Source: Gemmatimonadota bacterium (GTDB lineage Bacteria > Gemmatimonadota > Gemmatimonadetes > Palauibacterales > Palauibacteraceae). From it: a stretch of 64,000 nucleotides of DNA. The DNA lies in assembly GCA_039587755.1 (NCBI GenBank), contig JBDHBD010000001.1:199947-263946 (forward strand), given 5' to 3'. How positions within the stretch are numbered: position 1 is the stretch's first letter; each line of letters begins with the position of its first letter. Below the pieces are notes generated by a model that worked only from the letters and a program-made list of their open reading frames with translations, did not search any database and was not told where the DNA came from. Position numbers and translations under genes: made by a program. Positions 19,456-28,282 of the stretch are shown here, one piece after another.

Positions 19456-20723
19456 CTTCGTCCGGCGGCCTCGCCGAGCTCTTGAGCGGGCGCCCGGTCA
19501 GTCGGGTGCGCCCCGGCCTCGAGAGGATCGAGTACATGTTGGAGCACCTGGGGCAGCCCCAGCACCGGTTCCAGGCACTGCATGTCGCCGGCACCAACGG
19601 CAAGGGCTCCGTGGCTTCGTCGGTGGCCTCCATTCTGTCTCGTTCCGGTGCGCGCGTGGGGCTGTACACCTCTCCGCATCTCGTCGACTTTCGGGAGCGC
19701 CTCCGGATCGACGGGGAGTTGGTCCCGGAACCGCTGCTCGTTGCATGCGCATCCCGCCTGCTCCCGATCGCCGACCGAGCCGGGGCTACGTACTTCGAGG
19801 TGGCGACCGCGCTGGCCTTCCTGTGCTTCGCCGAAGCGGGAGTTGAAGAGGCCATAGTGGAGACCGGCCTGGGGGGACGCTGGGACGCGACCAACGTTCT
19901 CAGCCCGATCGTGAGTGTGATCACCGACCTGGCCGTCGACCACGTCGAATACCTGGGCTCTTCGATCGAGTCGATCGCACGCGAAAAGGCGGGGATCATC
20001 AAAGCGGGTGTACCGGCGGTCATCGCGGCTCTCCCGCCGGAGGCTCGCCGCGTGGTCGAGGAGGTCTCCGACGGGCTCGGGGCACGCCTGAGCGTGCTCG
20101 GCAGAGACGCTGTGGTGGAATCGATCGCGATCGACGCAGCGGGTACGGAGTTCGTCTACCGTTCTGCCGGCTCCTCAACCGGTCGGCGGATGCGTACGAG
20201 CCTGATCGGCCGACATCAGGCACACAACGCGGCGCTGGGGCTCCTGGCGCTCGAGTCCTGGCCGAGGAGGCTCGACCCTGAAGTTGTTCGCATTGGGCTG
20301 GCCGAGGTGGAGCTGCCGGGGCGCTTCCAGGTTGTAAGGGGAAAGGCAAGCCACTGGGTGCTCGACATCGCTCACAATCCCGACGCGGTGCGGCGTCTGG
20401 TGGAAACGCTGGCGGAGGTCAGGCTTCCCCGGCCCATTGTGGCTCTGCTTGCCGTGCTGCGTGACAAGCCGTGGCCCGAGATGGCAGCCCTCCTGTCACA
20501 CGCCTGCGATACGGCCGTGCTGACGATCGCGCCCTCCGCGCCCGCGGAGCGCCGCTGGGACCTGGACAAGGCGCGACGATCCGGTGAGTGGCGGCGTATC
20601 GAGACCCATCCGGAGTTCGATGACGCCATACGCAGGGCGCGCGAACTTGCCGGGGCCGGGACGGTACTAGTGACCGGATCGGCCCACACGGTGGGGGACG
20701 TGCTCGCCCGACTGTCCGATTGA
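19449..20723 (+). CDS. folC: Bifunctional folylpolyglutamate synthase / dihydrofolate synthase
   Basis: Mur-ligase P-loop HVAGTNGKGS. The GTG at 19449 overlaps the accD stop. The accD-folC order is conserved. Confidence 0.85.
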
Positions 20724-20771
20724 GAAGGGCTCGAGCCCGACATGAAGCGAGTACAGGAAACCGGAGATTCG

Positions 20772-21203
20772 ATGCAATACGATCCATTGCTGGTGCGACC
20801 GATGCGTGAGGAGCTCACTCGACTCGGCGCCCGGGAGCTGCGCACACCGGAGGAGGTGGACGAGGTACTCGGGGCCACGACAGGAGGAACGACGCTCGTC
20901 GTGGTGAACTCGGTGTGTGGTTGTGCGGCACGCAACGCCCGGCCTGCGGCGACATTGGCGCTTCAGCATGTGGTTCGACCGGACCGCGTGGTCACGGTGT
21001 TCGCGGGACAGGACGTCGAGGCCACGTCGCGTGTCCGAGAGTACTTCGCCGGCTATCGCCCTTCCTCGCCATCCTTCGCCCTTCTGAGAGACGGCGAGTT
21101 GATCTTCATGATGGAACGACACGAGATCGAGGGCCGGGACGCGGCGGACATCGCCGACGATCTGAAAGCCGCCTTCGACGACTACTGCGTCCGGGCTGCC
21201 TGA
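20772..21203 (+). CDS. Bacilliredoxin-like protein (YphP/YqiW, DUF1094 family)
   Basis: ~143 aa with a thioredoxin-like fold and a CGC redox motif (VVNSVCGCAARNARP), as in BrxA/BrxB. Confidence 0.6.
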   Translation: MQYDPLLVRPMREELTRLGARELRTPEEVDEVLGATTGGTTLVVVNSVCGCAARNARPAATLALQHVVRPDRVVTVFAGQDVEATSRVREYFAGYRPSSPSFALLRDGELIFMMERHEIEGRDAADIADDLKAAFDDYCVRAA

Positions 21204-21288
21204 GCCGACGGCCCAGGCCCTATGCCCGGGTCCTTTCCCCGGTTCGGTTTCTTGCCGCGCTTCCAGAGGCCGGGGTACGTTGCGCGCT

Positions 21289-22578
21289 ATGGAAATCTCC
21301 GGCCTGCCGGGCTTTCGCGACTTCTTTCCCGATGATCTCGAAGTTAGGCGCCACATTTTCTCCGCCTGGCGGACGGTGGCGCGCCGCTATGGTTTTCAGG
21401 AGTACGACGGACCGCCGCTCGAGCCGCTTGAGCTTTACACCCGCAAGTCGGGCGCGGAGATCGTAGAACAGCTCTACGGCTTCACGGACAAAGGTGGACG
21501 AGAGGTCGCGCTGCGGCCGGAGATGACCCCGACGTTCGCCCGCATGATCTCCGCGCGGGCGAGCGCGCTCCCCAAACCAATCCGCTGGTACGCCATCCCG
21601 CAGCTGTTTCGGTACGAGCGACCCCAGCGAGGTCGTCTGCGCGAGCACTTCCAGCTCAACATGGACATCGTTGGTGAGACGGACGTTCTGGCCGACGCTG
21701 AGATCGTAGCGGCGGGACTGGACTGTCTGCGAACCCTTGGCCTGGACGACACCGACGTGGTGGCGAGAGTCTCCGATCGTCGTCTCATCGGGAGCGTGCT
21801 CGTCCGGCTCGGGGTGTCACCCGAAAAGCTCCCGATCGCGTTCGCGGCGCTCGATCGTTTGGATCGGGAGCGGGAGGATCGAGTCATCGAGCTCCTGGGC
21901 CGGGCGGGGGCCGACGCGACGGCGGCCCAGCGGATTCTGAAGCTCGGTGACATGGGACTGGAGGAGCTCCTGCGGGAGCACGGCGACGAGCCCGAGATCC
22001 GGGAGGCGGGAGAGCACCTGAACCGCTTCCTCACCGCGATGAACGATTACGGGCTCGGCACGTACGTGGCGTTCGATTCGCGCCTCGTGCGTGGACTCGC
22101 GTATTACACGGGCCTCGTCTTCGAAATATGGGAGCGGAAGGGCGAGCTGCGAGCCGTCTGCGGTGGAGGCCGGTACGACGACCTTCTCGCCTCGGTGGGC
22201 AGCGTGGAGCTCCCGGCTGTGGGCTTCGGTATGGGCGACGTCGTGCTGGGCGAGCTGCTCCGAGACCGGGACCTTCTGCCCGTAGCCGCCCCGGGCGCCC
22301 AGGACTTCGTGGTGTGCGTGTCGGAAGAAGTGCGGCCGTTCGCCATGCAGGTTGTACGCACTCTGCGCGAGAGCGGGCGGAGCGTCACGTTCGAACTGCG
22401 AGCGCGCGGTGTGGGACGCCAGTTCAAGACGGCGGATCGAGCGGGCGTGAGCCGCGTGATCGTCGTCGGACCGGACGAGCTTGAGCGTGGCGTGGTTCGG
22501 GTGCGGGAGATGACGAGCGGGGAAGAGTCGGACGTGTCGATCGATGCGATTGGGAGAAACGAACGCGGAGGCGAGTGA
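21289..22578 (+). CDS. hisS: Histidine--tRNA ligase
   Basis: Class II aaRS motifs ([23 protein letters not shown]) and a C-terminal anticodon-binding domain. Confidence 0.88.
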   Translation: MEISGLPGFRDFFPDDLEVRRHIFSAWRTVARRYGFQEYDGPPLEPLELYTRKSGAEIVEQLYGFTDKGGREVALRPEMTPTFARMISARASALPKPIRWYAIPQLFRYERPQRGRLREHFQLNMDIVGETDVLADAEIVAAGLDCLRTLGLDDTDVVARVSDRRLIGSVLVRLGVSPEKLPIAFAALDRLDREREDRVIELLGRAGADATAAQRILKLGDMGLEELLREHGDEPEIREAGEHLNRFLTAMNDYGLGTYVAFDSRLVRGLAYYTGLVFEIWERKGELRAVCGGGRYDDLLASVGSVELPAVGFGMGDVVLGELLRDRDLLPVAAPGAQDFVVCVSEEVRPFAMQVVRTLRESGRSVTFELRARGVGRQFKTADRAGVSRVIVVGPDELERGVVRVREMTSGEESDVSIDAIGRNERGGE

Positions 22579-22582
22579 TACG

Positions 22583-24121
22583 ATGGCTCGCATCCTGATT
22601 CTCGACTACGGTTCGCAGTACACGCAGCTGATCGCGCGCCGCGTGCGCGAGGAGCGCGTCTTCTGCGAGATTCACGGACCCGATCGGTCGCTCGACTGGA
22701 TCCGGGAGTGGGGACCCGCGGGCATTATCCTGTCCGGCGGACCGGCGAGCGTGTACGACGACAACGTTCCTCGGGCGGAGCCCGAGCTGCTCGATCTCGG
22801 CGTTCCGATCCTGGGAATCTGCTACGGCATGCAGCTGATCGGGCAGCTGGCTGGCGGACAAGTCATTCCGGCCGACCACCGCGAGTACGGCCACGCGGAG
22901 CTCGAAGTGCTGAGTGACGATTCCCTGTTTCGAGGTTTCGAGTCGGGCGAGCGATCGCCCGTGTGGATGAGCCACGGCGACCAGATGTCGGTCCCCCCGC
23001 CCGGGTTTCGCGTGCTCGGCCGTACGTCTACGGCGCCCGTCGCGGCGTTCCGCTGCGAGCGGCGTGACATCTTTGGCGTGCAGTTCCACCCCGAGGTCGC
23101 GCATACCCCGCGCGGCGAGGAGCTGCTCGAGAACTTTCTGTTCGAAATCTGCGGCTGTGCGGGCGACTGGACGCCGGGGAGCATCGTGGCAAGCCAGGTG
23201 GCTGAGGTTCGACGGCGTGTCGGAGAGGCTCGCGCGATCTGCGGGCTGTCGGGCGGTGTCGATTCGTCGGTCGCGGCTGCCCTCGTCCACCGCGCGATCG
23301 GCGACCGTCTCATGTGCATCTTCGTCGACACGGGTTTGCTGCGGAAAGGCGAGCGGGCCTCCGTCGAGCGAGTGATGGGAACGCACCTCGGCATTCCGAT
23401 CGAGGTCGTGAACGCGGCCAATCTGTTTCTCGAACGCCTGGACGGAGTCGAAGGCCCGGAAGAGAAGCGGGTCATCATCGGCCACACCTTCATCGATGTG
23501 TTCGAGGAGGCGGCAGGGCGGCACGGAGAGGCGAGCTTCCTCGTGCAGGGAACGCTGTATCCGGATGTCATCGAATCGGTCTCTGTGAGCGGACCGGCGG
23601 TCACCATTAAATCGCATCACAACGTGGGTGGCCTCCGTCCCGATCTGCCGTTCGAGCTCATCGAACCGCTGCGCGAGCTGTTCAAGGACGAGGTCCGTCA
23701 GGTGGGCCGAGAGCTCGGGCTGCCCGACGAGGTCATCGGCCGACATCCGTTCCCTGGGCCCGGACTCGCCGTGCGCCTGCCCGGGCCCATATCGCGCGCG
23801 CGTATCGCGCTTCTTCGCGAAGTAGACGCCATCTTCCTGGAAGAGATCCGAGCCGCGGGCCTGTACGATGACATCTGGCAGGCGTTCGCCGTCCACCTTC
23901 CGGTGCGCTCGGTCGGTGTCATGGGTGACGCCCGAACGTACGAGAACGTGGTCGCTCTTCGCGCCGTCACGAGTCGGGACGGAATGACTGCGGACTGGTT
24001 CGCCTTTCCACACGACGTGCTCGCACGCATCTCGAACCGGATCATCAACGAAGTGTCTGGCGTGAACCGGGTGGTGTACGACGTGTCCTCCAAACCGCCG
24101 GCTACGATCGAATGGGAATGA
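22583..24121 (+). CDS. guaA: GMP synthase (glutamine-hydrolysing)
   Basis: N-terminal GATase ([22 protein letters not shown]), ATP-PPase motif SGGVDSSV, and a C-terminal dimerisation domain ending IEWE. Confidence 0.95.
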   Translation: MARILILDYGSQYTQLIARRVREERVFCEIHGPDRSLDWIREWGPAGIILSGGPASVYDDNVPRAEPELLDLGVPILGICYGMQLIGQLAGGQVIPADHREYGHAELEVLSDDSLFRGFESGERSPVWMSHGDQMSVPPPGFRVLGRTSTAPVAAFRCERRDIFGVQFHPEVAHTPRGEELLENFLFEICGCAGDWTPGSIVASQVAEVRRRVGEARAICGLSGGVDSSVAAALVHRAIGDRLMCIFVDTGLLRKGERASVERVMGTHLGIPIEVVNAANLFLERLDGVEGPEEKRVIIGHTFIDVFEEAAGRHGEASFLVQGTLYPDVIESVSVSGPAVTIKSHHNVGGLRPDLPFELIEPLRELFKDEVRQVGRELGLPDEVIGRHPFPGPGLAVRLPGPISRARIALLREVDAIFLEEIRAAGLYDDIWQAFAVHLPVRSVGVMGDARTYENVVALRAVTSRDGMTADWFAFPHDVLARISNRIINEVSGVNRVVYDVSSKPPATIEWE

Positions 24122-24148
24122 GCGGCCAAGACCCCTCGGGAGGATGCC

Positions 24149-24907
24149 GTGGCTGAGCTGCGTGAGATCGTCGAGTTTCTCGACACCTACCTGAGGATCG
24201 ACGAGGTACCCGACTATCCCGGGGCACACAATGGGCTCCAGGTAGAGAACCGGTCTCCGATCGAGCGGATCAGCGCCGCCACCGACGCGTGCCAGTCGAC
24301 CATCGACGCTGCCGTCGCGGCCGGCTCGCAGCTACTGCTCGTCCACCACGGCCTGTTCTGGGGAGACGTGGGTCCGGCCGTGGGAATCGCGTACCGTCGT
24401 CTACGGACGTTGTTCGAGGCGGATGTCGCGGTCTACTCGGCGCACCTTCCGCTGGACGTCCATGCCGAGGTCGGCAACAACGTCCTTCTGGCGAGGGCCC
24501 TGGGTCTCGAGGTGGAAGGCCGCTTCGGAGTCCACCGCGGTGTCGAGGGGATCGGCGTGTGGGCCACGGCAGATCTCCCGCTGCCTGATCTCCTCAAGCG
24601 TGTAGGTGACGCTTGCGGCGAAGAGCCCATGTTGATCGCGGGGGGTCCCACACACGTGCGGCGGCTGGGCATCGTGAGTGGTGGGGCGGGTGGCCTGCTC
24701 GCGCAGGCGCACGCGGCGGGGCTGGACACCTTCCTCACGGGCGAGGGGACTCACCATACGTATCACGAGGCCACCGAGCTCGGTCTCAATCTGGTGTACG
24801 CGGGACACTACGCGACCGAGACGTTCGGGGTGGAGGCGCTGGCGCGCAAGACGGCCGAGCGTTTTGGATTGGACTGGGAGTTTATAGACCAACCCACTGG
24901 GATGTAG
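24149..24907 (+). CDS. Nif3-family dinuclear metal centre protein (YqfO/YbgI-like)
   Basis: 252 aa; the N-terminus HNGLQVEN and conserved His/Glu ligand positions are typical of NIF3. Confidence 0.8.
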   Translation: MAELREIVEFLDTYLRIDEVPDYPGAHNGLQVENRSPIERISAATDACQSTIDAAVAAGSQLLLVHHGLFWGDVGPAVGIAYRRLRTLFEADVAVYSAHLPLDVHAEVGNNVLLARALGLEVEGRFGVHRGVEGIGVWATADLPLPDLLKRVGDACGEEPMLIAGGPTHVRRLGIVSGGAGGLLAQAHAAGLDTFLTGEGTHHTYHEATELGLNLVYAGHYATETFGVEALARKTAERFGLDWEFIDQPTGM

Positions 24908-24961
24908 TGCGTTAGGCCGTCCGACCTACGGTCGATTCTAAGCTACTATCGGCCGCGTGAG

Positions 24962-25888
24962 TCAGAACACGGAGATCTTCAGACCGCGAAGATAGCGCTC
25001 CGGCCGTTCGCGCAGATCCCGGCTCAGCATGGCGACCTCCTCGGTCGCGAACTGGATGTTCTCCACCGCTGCCGTCAGATCCTCGTACAGCGCCTCATCG
25101 GTGAGAAGGCGCCCGAGCGTCCCCTCGCCGGCATCCAGACGTGCGGTAATCGAAGCGAGGCTATGGCTGGTGCTGTCCAGCCCGGCGGCCGCGCTGGTGA
25201 GCCGCTCGCTCAGGGAGTCCAGCCTGGCCACTGCCTGTTCCACCTCCGAACCGCCCGTCGCGTCCGCTAGATTCGTCGCCGTCTGCTGAAGGCCGTCGAC
25301 CAGTGCGTGGATGCCGGTTCGCTCGTTCCGAACGAGCGACTCCAGTTCGCGCATGGCGGACGCGAAGGCCGACGCGCTCGTCCGGACATCGGACACGGTC
25401 CCCGCGGAGAGGACATCGCGAACCCTCTCGAGGACGAGAGTTGCCTCGTCGCCGAGGTCGCCGGCCAGGGATTGCAGATCGCTCGTGCCGATCAGGGGGA
25501 TCGTGTCCCCGGACGTCACGCGCTGGTCGGACAGGCCTGGAACGAGACGGACGAGCTGGGAGCCGAGAAAGCCCGCCGGCTGAATTACGCCACGCGAGTC
25601 GGCCGGAAGCACGATCTCCTGCTCGATCCGCATCTCGAGTACGACCTCGAGACCGTGCAGGCTTACGGACGTCACCTCGCCCACGTCGACGCCGAGAAAC
25701 GAGACGCGGGCGTCCGCGGTAATCTGACCGGCTTCGGGCGCGACACCGTAGAGACGAAGGACCGGGCCGCCGAAACGGGTGTTGCTGATCCAGAACACGC
25801 CGACCACGAGCACCACCACCGCGAGCACCACCAGGATGCCGACCTGCATCTCGACCCGACGGTCTTCCCTGAGGCCTGGATCCCTCAT
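24962..25888 (-). CDS. MlaD-like MCE-domain substrate-binding protein
   Basis: N-terminal TM anchor, then an MCE domain and a long helical C-terminus. The start ATG at 25888 overlaps the mlaF stop (ATGA). The 5' part of the longer ORF is rejected. Confidence 0.8.
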   Translation of the reverse strand: MRDPGLREDRRVEMQVGILVVLAVVVLVVGVFWISNTRFGGPVLRLYGVAPEAGQITADARVSFLGVDVGEVTSVSLHGLEVVLEMRIEQEIVLPADSRGVIQPAGFLGSQLVRLVPGLSDQRVTSGDTIPLIGTSDLQSLAGDLGDEATLVLERVRDVLSAGTVSDVRTSASAFASAMRELESLVRNERTGIHALVDGLQQTATNLADATGGSEVEQAVARLDSLSERLTSAAAGLDSTSHSLASITARLDAGEGTLGRLLTDEALYEDLTAAVENIQFATEEVAMLSRDLRERPERYLRGLKISVF

Positions 25889-26631
25889 GCGACCTCCACG
25901 ACGCTCGACGGCGAGAGGAATCGACGCACCGCCACGTCCTCGGTATGGCGGAGCTGCTCGGGCGTACCCTGTGCGCGTATCCTGCCGTGGGACAGCAGCA
26001 CGATCCGATCTCCCAGGATGAAAGCGGCTTCCACGTCGTGGGTCACGATCACGGTGGTTCCCTCGATATCGTGGCTGACGTGATCGATCAGATCCGCGAT
26101 CACGGCCGCGTTGACCGGATCGAGGCCCGTCGTCGGCTCGTCGTACAGGATGTACTTCTGCCGCCCCACTATGGCGCGCGCGATAGCGACGCGCTTCTGC
26201 ATTCCGCCCGACAGCTCCGCCGGTCGAAGGTCGAGCACCTCCGGCTCGAGATTCACGTGTGTCAGCGACTCGCGGACCATACTCTCGCAGACGTCGTCCC
26301 GTCGGCTGCAACGCCCCTCGGAAAGACCGAGCATGATGTTGCCGCGAATGGTCAGCGAGTCGAACAGCGCCGAGTTCTGGAACACGTAGCTGACGCGCTC
26401 CCTGACCTGGAGAATCTGCCTGCGGTTCGCGTTCGCCACCGATATCCCGTCCACGAGCACGTCGCCATCGTCGGGGTCCATGAGCCCAACGATGTGCTTG
26501 AGCAGTACGCTCTTGCCCGTGCCCGAGGGGCCCATGATCACCAGCGTCTCGCCCTCGTCGATCGTCAGGTGAACGCCATCCAGCACGCGCTTCTGATTCA
26601 ACGTCTTCTTTAGGCCCTGTATCTGGATCAA
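25885..26631 (-). CDS. MlaF-like ABC transporter ATP-binding protein
   Basis: Walker A GPSGTGKS, signature LSGGMQKRVAIARA, Walker B ILYDEPTTGLD. Confidence 0.9.
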   Translation of the reverse strand: MIQIQGLKKTLNQKRVLDGVHLTIDEGETLVIMGPSGTGKSVLLKHIVGLMDPDDGDVLVDGISVANANRRQILQVRERVSYVFQNSALFDSLTIRGNIMLGLSEGRCSRRDDVCESMVRESLTHVNLEPEVLDLRPAELSGGMQKRVAIARAIVGRQKYILYDEPTTGLDPVNAAVIADLIDHVSHDIEGTTVIVTHDVEAAFILGDRIVLLSHGRIRAQGTPEQLRHTEDVAVRRFLSPSSVVEVA

Positions 26632-26691
26632 GACAGTCTCCAGAGCAAACGAACCCGTCCTGCGAGCGCCGTGTTCAGTCCTATTACCTAA

Positions 26692-27507
26692 CTAAGATAC
26701 GGCCTTATACACGGGTGCGAGCACCACGTCCAGCACCATGATCGCCACGATGATGGCGACGACGGCCCGCGTCGCCGTCCGGCCGACGCCTGCCGCGCCC
26801 CCCTCGGCCCGCAGACCCACGTAACACGCGATGAACGCGATCGTAAAGCCAAACGCCAGCGCCTTCACAAGCGAGAAGATCAGCGCGGCGGAATGGTAGT
26901 AGCTCCTCGCGCCCTGCACGTACTCCGCCGTGGTCATTGGCAGAATCGCCACTGCGGTCAGCCAACCGCTGAAGATCCCTATCCCGTTCGCGAGAATGAC
27001 CAACGGGACGATGATGATCGTTCCCGCGAGCACGCGCGGTACCACCAGCTCCACCACCGGATCGCGTCCGAGCGTCAACATCGCATCGATCTGATCTGTG
27101 ACCTTCATTGTGCCGAGCTCAGCCCCGATACCGGCTCCCACGCGGCCCGCGAGCACGATGGCCGTGAGCACGGGCCCGAGCTCCGTTAGCATGCCGGCCA
27201 CCACTCCGCCTGCCACCAGACTCAGCGGCAGCCCCGGGTTCAGCTGGTAGCTGGTCTGTTGAGCCATCACGGACCCGCTCAACGCTCCCATCAGGAGAAC
27301 GAGCCCCAGACCATCGACGCCGATTCGCTTCGCCTGAGCCACCGACTCATGCCAGTAACGACGCGGCTCGACTAGCGACGCTGTGGCGGCCCACCACAGT
27401 CTCCCCGCTCGGCCCGCGTGTTGCACCCCTGCCAGCGCACGACGCCCCACTGCCCGCAGTGGGCCGCCACGACCGGTTACAGCCACCGGCTCACTCACGC
27501 TCGCCAT
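26692..27507 (-). CDS. MlaE-like ABC transporter permease
   Basis: 271-aa polytopic membrane protein with MlaE/Ttg2B-type topology, upstream of mlaF. Confidence 0.85.
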   Translation of the reverse strand: MASVSEPVAVTGRGGPLRAVGRRALAGVQHAGRAGRLWWAATASLVEPRRYWHESVAQAKRIGVDGLGLVLLMGALSGSVMAQQTSYQLNPGLPLSLVAGGVVAGMLTELGPVLTAIVLAGRVGAGIGAELGTMKVTDQIDAMLTLGRDPVVELVVPRVLAGTIIIVPLVILANGIGIFSGWLTAVAILPMTTAEYVQGARSYYHSAALIFSLVKALAFGFTIAFIACYVGLRAEGGAAGVGRTATRAVVAIIVAIMVLDVVLAPVYKAVS

Positions 27508-27868
27508 TCGCCGAGAGCGTGTCGCTCGCGCGGAGCTCCTCCTCGCGCTCGAGGGAATCGAGCGCGAGGACCCGGAGGTTGATCGCCGTCCAGATATCCA
27601 TCATGTGGGCCGCATCCTCGCCGTAAAGAGCAGCGTACTCGAAGAGCTGACTTGTATCCACCTCCAGCTCGGCCAGGACGCCTCGACGGGCAGAGTCACC
27701 GCGAATGGAGTCCCGCGGAGTGAACTGCGAGCGGACCCGGGCGAGTCTCGCCATGACCTCGACGTAGGACGAATCGCTCAGCACGTCATCCCGCCCGTCG
27801 GCGTTCCCGCAGGCCGCAGCCGAGCTGGCGCCCAGGGCCGGTGCGAGAATCGCGAGAAGCCCACGCAC
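27491..27868 (-). CDS. Hypothetical small lipoprotein / secreted protein (first gene of the Mla-like operon)
   Basis: ORF whose 3' end overlaps the mlaE start. Signal-peptide-like LLAILAPALGASSAAAC with a candidate lipobox Cys. The start is uncertain (GTG at 27868). Confidence 0.35.
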   Translation of the reverse strand: MRGLLAILAPALGASSAAACGNADGRDDVLSDSSYVEVMARLARVRSQFTPRDSIRGDSARRGVLAELEVDTSQLFEYAALYGEDAAHMMDIWTAINLRVLALDSLEREEELRASDTLSANGERE

Positions 27869-28282
27869 GCGAGCCCGTGGCCACAAGGCTCTAATGGTTA
27901 GACGAGGCCGCGCATCTTCACGACAGCCTCCGGGGCGCGATCGGTCTCGACGCGTCGCCTCAGTCCGAAAGTCCGCACGACGAGACGCTTCAGAGATCAA
28001 CATTGCTCGCACGAAGTAGGATGCCTCACGCGGTACGCTCAACCGGGCTCACTGGGCCACGGCCGGATCCGGAACCGCTGGGCCGGCTAGAGGCTAGCCG
28101 AACCGGGGCGAGAGTGTCAAGCGTCGCCACCAGGTACCGCCATGCCGCCCGGAGGGGCTTGCCAGATCGACAGGAGGTCGTGTCGATTGGACTCAGCGAG
28201 AGCCGATCCGACAATGGACGTGAGGTGAAACGATGAGCACCTGCGCGGGGGCTTGCTGATGAGAGTGGCAAACGCAGAGGGG

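Noticed and set aside
21204-21288. Weak CCGGG-tcctttc-CCCGG hairpin followed by TTCGGTTTCTTG after the bacilliredoxin-like gene
   Set aside because: Only a 5-bp stem and an interrupted T-tract; too weak to call a terminator with confidence.
22424-24229. 601-aa reverse-strand ORF antisense to guaA. Similar long antisense ORFs lie at 3056-4072, 13874-15115, 29510-30622, 31829-33367, 38537-40174 and 16865-17425.
   Set aside because: Each is fully overlapped by a forward-strand CDS with unmistakable family motifs. Their translations are Arg/Pro/Ala-rich with no recognisable domains, typical of stop-codon-poor antisense frames in ~68% GC DNA.
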